This document shows positions 27,301-32,000 of a stretch of DNA of 32,000 bases, piece after piece. Position 1 is the stretch's first letter; each line of letters opens with the position of its first letter. Both the position numbers and the translations under genes were made by a program. Origin of the DNA: Micromonas sp. (taxonomy: Eukaryota); NCBI GenBank assembly GCA_000090985.2, contig CP001328.1, positions 306,318-338,317 of the forward strand, in the 5' to 3' direction. The notes beneath the pieces were generated by a model that saw only the letters and a program-made list of their open reading frames with translations, ran no database searches and was not told the DNA's origin.

Positions 27301-29247
27301 ACCGCGTTCACGGTGGCTTCCAGGTACGGCGATAACATCCGGCACGGGTGGCGGCACATCCTGGACCTCACGCTGAGGTTGCATCGCATGGACCTCCTCT
27401 CGGAGAAAGTCTGCGAGTCCCTCGCGCCGGACGAGAGGGACGGCGGGACGATGCGAACGCTCGACGGCGCCGAGGCTTCCACGTCTTTTCGCCGGCGAGA
27501 ACGCGAGCGGCTGGCGAAGAAGAACAGCGGGAGCAACTCCATCCTGCGCGGGTTCTCGCAGCTCCTGTCGCTGGACACGGACAGCTGGGGCGGAAGCGGC
27601 GGGGAGGCGCCGCTTGGCGAGGACGAGAAGGAGGCGGAGGCGCGGGCCGTTCGATGCGTGGACGCGTGCCGCGTCGACGAGGTCTTCGCCGACTCGAAGT
27701 TTCTGGAGACGGATTCGCTCCAGCACATGGTCCGCGCGCTGGTGACGGCGGCGGGGGGTAAACCGGAGGGGCCCGGGGGTGCCGAGGGGGGTGCCGAGGG
27801 GGGTGCCATCGTCGACGCCCCTCGGGACGTGGACGAGGACGCCGCGGTGTTTTGCCTCGACGTCTTGGTCGGGGTGACGCTTCGCAACCGCGACCGCGTC
27901 AGGACGTGCCTGCCGCTCGTGTACGGGTTGCTCAGGCAGCTGGTGCAGACGGCCAAGACCCCGAGCGCGCTGGCGGAGCGCGCCATCTTCGAGGTTCTCC
28001 GGCTCTGCCGCAGGCTGCTGCCGCACAAGGAGGACCTCGCGGATGAGCTCCTGGATTCTCTCCGGCTGATGTTCGCGCTGGAGCCCGCGGTGGCTGACGC
28101 GTTCCTCGAGAGGATCGTTCGGGAGCTCGGTCACCTCGTCGCCGAGTGCGGAGGTCACGTCCGGGGCGCGAAGGGGTGGGAGACGGTGTGCAAGCTGCTG
28201 ATGGCGAGCGCGAGGCACCCGGACGCGGCGGCGCACGGCTTCGCCGCGCTCCGCGCCATCGTCGAGGGCGCGCCGACGGATGACGGATCCTCCGCCAAAC
28301 CCGCAGTTGTCGCCGAGAAGACGTCAACCGCCGCCGCCGACGCCAACGGCAACGGGCACCACGCCGACGATGACGACGACGACGCCCGCACCCCGTCGAC
28401 ACCCGGCACCGCGCACGGCGGCGCGCACCACCTGCGCCCGTGGAACATCCGCGCGTGCGTCGAGGCTGTCGGCGCCTTTATCGACGCGCACGAGGGGGGC
28501 GACGACCGATCCGTCGCGGCGGTGGGTTTGATCTCCTCCGCGACGGCGGCGACGGAGCGGTGGTGCTCCGGAAACGCGGACGGCGGCGCGATGGCCGTCG
28601 CCGCCGCGCGCGTAATGCGTTGGCCGAACCACCCGTCCGCGGGTAACTCCCCCGTCGAGGCGATCAACGCGCTGCGCGCCGAGACGATCGCGGGCGCGTG
28701 GACGGATTGCGTGTCGAAGCTCGTCGCCGTCGCGCGCGAGGAGACGCGGGCGGCGGTGAGGGACGACGCCATCCTGACGTTGCAGCGCGTGTTGCTCGCG
28801 TCGGACGGGCTCAACGCGCCGGCGACGCACTGGGTGCGCGTGTGTTCCGGGGTGTTGATGCCGTTGCTCGAGGCTATGGGCGAACGGACGCGAGCCGCGC
28901 CCCGGGGCGACGCCAAGGCGAGCGCCGAGCGAACCGCTCGGCTGGGCGTCTCGTGCGTCGCGAAGGCTTTCCTGCAGTACCTGCCGGCGATGTTAACCGC
29001 GGCGACGCCGGCGCAGTTCGCGGCGGCGTGGACCGAGGTGCTGGATCGCAACGCGGAGGTGCTCAAGCACGCGCGGAGCGAGGAGCTGCGGGAGGCGGTT
29101 CCCGAGGCTGTGAAGAACATGCTGCTGGTTATGAGCGCGCAGGGGGTGCTGGCGCCTGGCGCGCCCGAGGGTATCTGGGAGACGACGTGGAAGAAGGCGG
29201 CGGCGATCGACGCGGGTCTCACGCCGGCGATCGTCGGCGCCAAGTAG
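24336..29247 (+). CDS. GBF1: Large Sec7-domain ARF guanine-nucleotide exchange factor, GBF1/GNOM family; join(24336..24640,24939..29247)
   Basis: Exon 1 ends ...APFLQVVRSVETSGPITG and exon 2 continues MALSAVHKVLKHGLI. Together these reconstitute the conserved DCB-domain block (PFL.VIRS.ET.GPIT..AL..V.KIL). Donor GG|GTGAGC, acceptor CTCAG|G, phase 2, in frame. Sec7 domain at about 26335-26889 with FKLPGEAQKI (catalytic Glu codon 26620-26622) and IMLNTDQHN. Total 1537 aa. Confidence 0.9.
24641..24938 (+). other. GBF1 intron (298 nt)
   Basis: GTGAGC ... AACTCAC branch-like about 45 nt upstream ... pyrimidine-rich tract ... CTCAG. Required to join the conserved DCB block. Confidence 0.85.
25354..25419 (+). 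repeat. In-frame 33-nt x2 tandem duplication in GBF1 (EGAEGAVDGNA / QGAEGAVDGNA)
   Basis: gagggtgccgagggtgccgtcgacggcaacgcg followed by cagggtgccgagggtgccgtcgacggcaacgcg. A related GGTGCCGAGGGG x2 lies at 27778-27801 (GAEGGAEGGA). Confidence 0.9.
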
Positions 29248-29406
29248 GCGCGATTTAATCGAATTCAGAACGCGTCAGCGAGCGCAGAGCGCGACGTGGG
29301 CGCCAGAAAAACAGGAAAAAAAAATTCCCGTCCCCACTGGTGACCTCCGGGGCACCGGATTGGCGCTGGGCACCCCTCCCGGAAGCGGTTTCCGTTCGAG
29401 GAGCCG

Positions 29407-29432
29407 CGCGCGTCGGGGCGCCCCGACGCGCG
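29407..29432. repeat. Perfect 26-bp palindrome CGCGCGTCGGGGCGCCCCGACGCGCG, nested inside a second 10-bp inverted repeat (29385-29394 / 29442-29451)
   Basis: I checked by hand that the 26-mer equals its own reverse complement. The outer arms gcggtttccg and cggaaaccgc are reverse complements. Lies 160 nt downstream of the GBF1 stop. Confidence 0.9.
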
Positions 29433-29764
29433 TTAGGGCCGCGGAAACCGCGCGCGCGCGACGTCGTCGACGTCCCGAGGGGATATCGAGCGCCTTCTGC
29501 CGCGCTCGCGCGGCGCAACCTGCGCAGCCGCCGGCGCCCTCGCCACCCTCGGAAGGGGCAGAAGTTTCCAGACGACAACGGAGCCAGCCGGGTCTTCTCG
29601 CGGAACTCTCCGTGGCTTCCGCGGACCTGCCGTGACGGACAAGTCGGCACACAAAACTTCTCGAGAGAGGGTCCTGAGGTCCCAGGTCCGGTGTTTTACC
29701 GAACTTTTTTTGTCGGTCGCCACCCACGGAAGGTGTCTCGACGCTTCCCGGGCGGTCCCGGTGA

Positions 29765-29810
29765 GCTCCGTTTGGCTCCGTTTGGCTCCATTTGGCTCCG
29801 TTTGGCTCGG
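29765..29810. repeat. 10-bp tandem repeat GCTCCGTTTG, about 4.5 copies (array A)
   Basis: gctccgtttg gctccgtttg gctccatttg gctccgtttg gctcgg. Confidence 0.95.
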
Positions 29811-29989
29811 CTCGAGTCTCTGACTCCTGTTTTTGGGTTTAATTTTTCCCAATCAGGCAGTCCCGGTTAATTTCTCGGAATTGATCCGTAGGCTCCGCAG
29901 TCTCCGTTTGGGACTTCCGAATCTTCCGCGAAAGGTCAAAATCCTTGAATTGCGAACCCGGAGGCAAATCACGGAAGCTTCCGCGACTG

Positions 29990-30047
29990 GCTCCATTTGG
30001 CTCCGTTTGGCTCTGTTTGGCTCCGTTTGGCTCCGTTTGGCTCCGTG
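29990..30047. repeat. 10-bp tandem repeat GCTCCGTTTG, about 5.5 copies (array B), same orientation as array A
   Basis: gctccatttg gctccgtttg gctctgtttg gctccgtttg gctccgtttg gctccgtg. Preceded 7 nt upstream by the 12-bp palindrome cggaagcttccg (29972-29983). Confidence 0.95.
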
Positions 30048-30663
30048 GTGGTTTCCATTTTTCGGATTTATACGGGGGGTTTTATTCGTCGTTTTTGGGT
30101 TCACACCCGCGTCGTCTTGCGCTCGCGGCCGCGGCGAATAAAAAGCCGCAGCGCGCCAAAATCGAATCCACGTGTGCCAACCGAGCCAACTGTTGGTTTT
30201 GAACCCCCCTCGAGCCGCGGCCCGGGCACTATCGCGGGTCTCTGAACCGACCGTCGACCGTCCCAATCGAGTGCACATGTCTGCCATCGCCACTCCCATC
30301 GCAGCGCGCGCGGCGCTGACCGCCGGCCCCGCCAGGTGCGCCCGTCCCCGACCGCGCGGGAACCGAATGCATCCCGATCAGAATCTTCCCGCACCGTGTC
30401 AGTCGCTGATTGGCGGACGCTCCGAGTCGCGCCGCCGCGACCGGCGCGATCTCTCGCGTCTCGAATCGCTGACCCTCGATACCCCGTCCACGTCCGCACC
30501 CGCAGGTCCATCTCCGCCCGTAAGGTCGTCGGCGGTGCGTCCCCGCCTCCACCCCCGTCGCGCCAAACGCCCAGCCCATCGCCAGAACACGCGCGCGAGA
30601 TAAACTAACTCCCCCGCCCACTCCCGCGCGCGTACCTCCACAGGCGCGTCGCTTCGCCCCTCC

Positions 30664-31062
30664 ATGCGCGTGAGGGCCCGCCCCGTGGCCCGACGCGCCG
30701 ACCGCCTCGTCGTCCGCGCCGAGGAGGACGGCGGTTTCGAGGTTCCCGACGCCCTCAAGGAGCTCATGAAACCCCCCGACGCCTCCGTCGCCGCGCCCGC
30801 CTGGCTCGAGCCCCTCATCAAGCTCGCCGAGGAAGCCGGCGAGTCCGCCCCGGTCGTGGGCTACGGCATCATGGGCGCCACCGGCGTGTTCTTCGCCCTC
30901 TTCTTCGCCATCATCGGACTCGGAGGATTCGGGTTCATCGTCGCGAGCGGCGCCACCGGCTACGCCATGTGGCAGGCGTCGCCGTACCTCTCCGTCATCG
31001 CGTCCAAGTTTGACGCGACGCCGCCGCCGAGTCGGTCCGCGGACGACGACGACGACGAGTGA
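30664..31062 (+). CDS. Small hypothetical membrane protein with short basic presequence (probably organellar)
   Basis: 132-aa ORF with strongly GC3-rich codons. Sequence: MRVRARPVARRADRLVVRAEE, then an acidic segment, then a long Gly/Ala/Phe-rich hydrophobic stretch (VVGYGIMGATGVFFALFFAIIGLGGFGFIVASGATGYAMW), then an acidic tail (DDDDDE). An alternative 2-exon model, join(30277..30335,30675..31062), is described in the findings. Confidence 0.6.
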   Translation: MRVRARPVARRADRLVVRAEEDGGFEVPDALKELMKPPDASVAAPAWLEPLIKLAEEAGESAPVVGYGIMGATGVFFALFFAIIGLGGFGFIVASGATGYAMWQASPYLSVIASKFDATPPPSRSADDDDDE

Positions 31063-31141
31063 ATTCGGCGGACGAAGTGAACGATCGCAGTGTAAAGAAA
31101 CATGTTTTATCATATCTATCCGAGCGGGGGAGATCCGTCGC

Positions 31142-32000
31142 CTACCTCGCGGGGGTGCCCGCCTCCTTCGCCGCCCTCGCTTTTTCCTCTTGCTTTTTCC
31201 TAAACGACGCCAGCGGACCGGACCTGATCCCGTCGTGGAACGGCGAGCATTCCCCGCACTCGCACCCGACCGCGTCCTTCTTCCCCGCGTGCTTGTTCCC
31301 GCCGAACAGCGCGTTGTCCACGACGTCGATGTACAGCGACGGTCCGTCGTTGGACAAACCGATCTTCGCGGTGCCCTCCATCACGATGTCCTCCTCGGCG
31401 TGAGAAAACGGATACGACCGGAACATCCCGGCAAAGCCGTGAAGGCCGTAGGCGGTGCCCGCGAGGGAGAGCGCGCTGAACGCCTCGCCGGCCAAGGACG
31501 GATCCACCGCGGCGATGACGTCGCGAAGCGAGGGCGCGACGCCGGCGCCCGCCGCGGCGCCCGCGGCGGAGGCGCCAAAGGCGAGGAGGCACGTCGCCCA
31601 AACAGCCTTCCACGCCGCCGCCGCGATAGCAACGACCTTGAGCGCCTCGGTGTTTCTCAACGCCCCCTGGCAGTGGGTGCAGTACTTGGTGTGCATCTCC
31701 CACGTGTCGAACAGCTTGGACTGATCGCGCTCGATGGGGGGCATCGCGTCGCCGTCGCGGCCGGCCCAGGGGATCGGGCCGTTGCGCCCGAACCACTGGT
31801 AGAACATCACCGTCATCTTGTCCGCGCCGGTGGGGATGAACACCTGATCCTTCCACTTGTTCGCGATGTCCTGCCCGTCGCCCTGCGCGATGATCTTCTC
31901 CTGCTGGTGGAGGAGGACCATGTCCTGGTGCAAAAACGTGGGCCCGAGCACGTGCGTCATCCACGCCGGCGACGTGAGCGTGAACAGGTTGAGCTTGAAC
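31142..32000 (-). CDS. PAO/PTC52/TIC55-family Rieske-type oxygenase, C-terminal part only (5-prime end lies beyond the window)
   Basis: The reading frame is open to the window edge (..FKLNLFTLTSPAWMTHVLGPTFLHQDMVLLHQQE). The family-typical C-terminal CxxC motif is present (HTKYCTHCQGALRNTEALKV), followed by hydrophobic helices (VVAIAAAAWKAVWATCLLAFGASAAGAAAGAGV). The Rieske and mononuclear-iron motifs would lie upstream, outside the window. Confidence 0.78.
   Translation of the reverse strand, partial: FKLNLFTLTSPAWMTHVLGPTFLHQDMVLLHQQEKIIAQGDGQDIANKWKDQVFIPTGADKMTVMFYQWFGRNGPIPWAGRDGDAMPPIERDQSKLFDTWEMHTKYCTHCQGALRNTEALKVVAIAAAAWKAVWATCLLAFGASAAGAAAGAGVAPSLRDVIAAVDPSLAGEAFSALSLAGTAYGLHGFAGMFRSYPFSHAEEDIVMEGTAKIGLSNDGPSLYIDVVDNALFGGNKHAGKKDAVGCECGECSPFHDGIRSGPLASFRKKQEEKARAAKEAGTPAR

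Noticed and set aside
24634-28236. 1200-aa minus-strand ORF antisense to GBF1. Similar long antisense or out-of-frame ORFs are 17222..19066 (+, 614 aa), 21268..23145 (-, 625 aa), 3558..5204 (-, 548 aa), 19759..21261 (-, 500 aa), 108..1625 (+, 505 aa) and 14468..15925 (-, 485 aa).
   Set aside because: These are Arg/Gly/Pro/Val/His-rich translations with no recognisable domains. Each lies opposite or out of frame to a gene with clear homology motifs. Strong GC3 bias removes stop codons from the other frames, so long spurious ORFs are expected.
29765-30047. Possibility that the two short-repeat arrays are a CRISPR array.
   Set aside because: The repeats are 10 bp and directly abutting, with no spacers. 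The context is eukaryotic nuclear DNA with spliceosomal introns, and there are no cas-like ORFs.
30172-30603. 143-aa plus-strand ORF (contains MSAIATPIAARAALTAGPARCARPRPRGNRMHPDQ...) as a stand-alone gene.
   Set aside because: Beyond the first 20 codons the translation is Arg/Pro/Ser-rich and non-coding-like with poor GC3 bias. Only the first 59 nt are considered, as a possible spliced presequence exon.
1-32000. Whether the window holds a mobile element, a horizontally acquired island or a clustered functional system (for example phosphate or redox genes acting together).
   Set aside because: There is no transposase, integrase, reverse transcriptase or terminal inverted or long terminal repeats. 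GC content and codon bias are uniform across the genes. The neighbouring genes have unrelated housekeeping functions and no shared pathway logic. The one compositional outlier is the 29248-30663 spacer, reported separately.

Overview
High-GC (roughly 65% by eye) eukaryotic nuclear DNA, not prokaryotic. Evidence: GT..AG spliceosomal introns with CTRAY-like branch points; eukaryote-only proteins (Mps1/TTK kinase, ribosomal eL31, splicing factor PRP17/CDC40, GBF1/GNOM-type Sec7 ARF-GEF); a plant-type cytosolic tRNA-Ala; and several plastid-type proteins (inactive FtsH-like AAA protein, PAO/TIC55-family oxygenase, peroxiredoxin-like protein). Composition, compactness and gene content fit a Mamiellophyceae green picoalga (Micromonas-like). 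That assignment is inference only. I call 17 protein-coding genes and 1 tRNA, about one gene per 1.8 kb. Strands alternate almost perfectly, so genes sit in divergent pairs (about 90-565 bp between start codons) and convergent pairs (79-199 bp between stop codons). Four genes have introns I can support from frame and homology logic (eL31 x3, PRP17, GBF1, Prx-like), and one more is a candidate. The ORF track often starts at TTG/GTG, so I moved starts to the first sensible ATG. GC3 bias also creates very long spurious antisense ORFs, which I rejected. I see no transposase, integrase or reverse transcriptase, no CRISPR, no operon-like or defence-like cluster, and no convincing wholly novel system. 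The items most worth a second look are these: (1) a 1.4-kb ORF-poor spacer (29248-30663) holding two arrays of a 10-bp repeat, a nested perfect palindrome and a TTCCGCG motif cluster; (2) helical-phase 10-11 bp tandem arrays in other spacers, one just upstream of a PhoD-type phosphatase; (3) the 9-mer GGTGCCGAG recurring in frame (G-A-E) in two unrelated genes; (4) a protein with three tandem alpha-crystallin domains; (5) an FtsH-like protein with an intact ATPase but a destroyed HEXXH; (6) two genes where a short presequence exon may be spliced over an in-frame intronic ATG.
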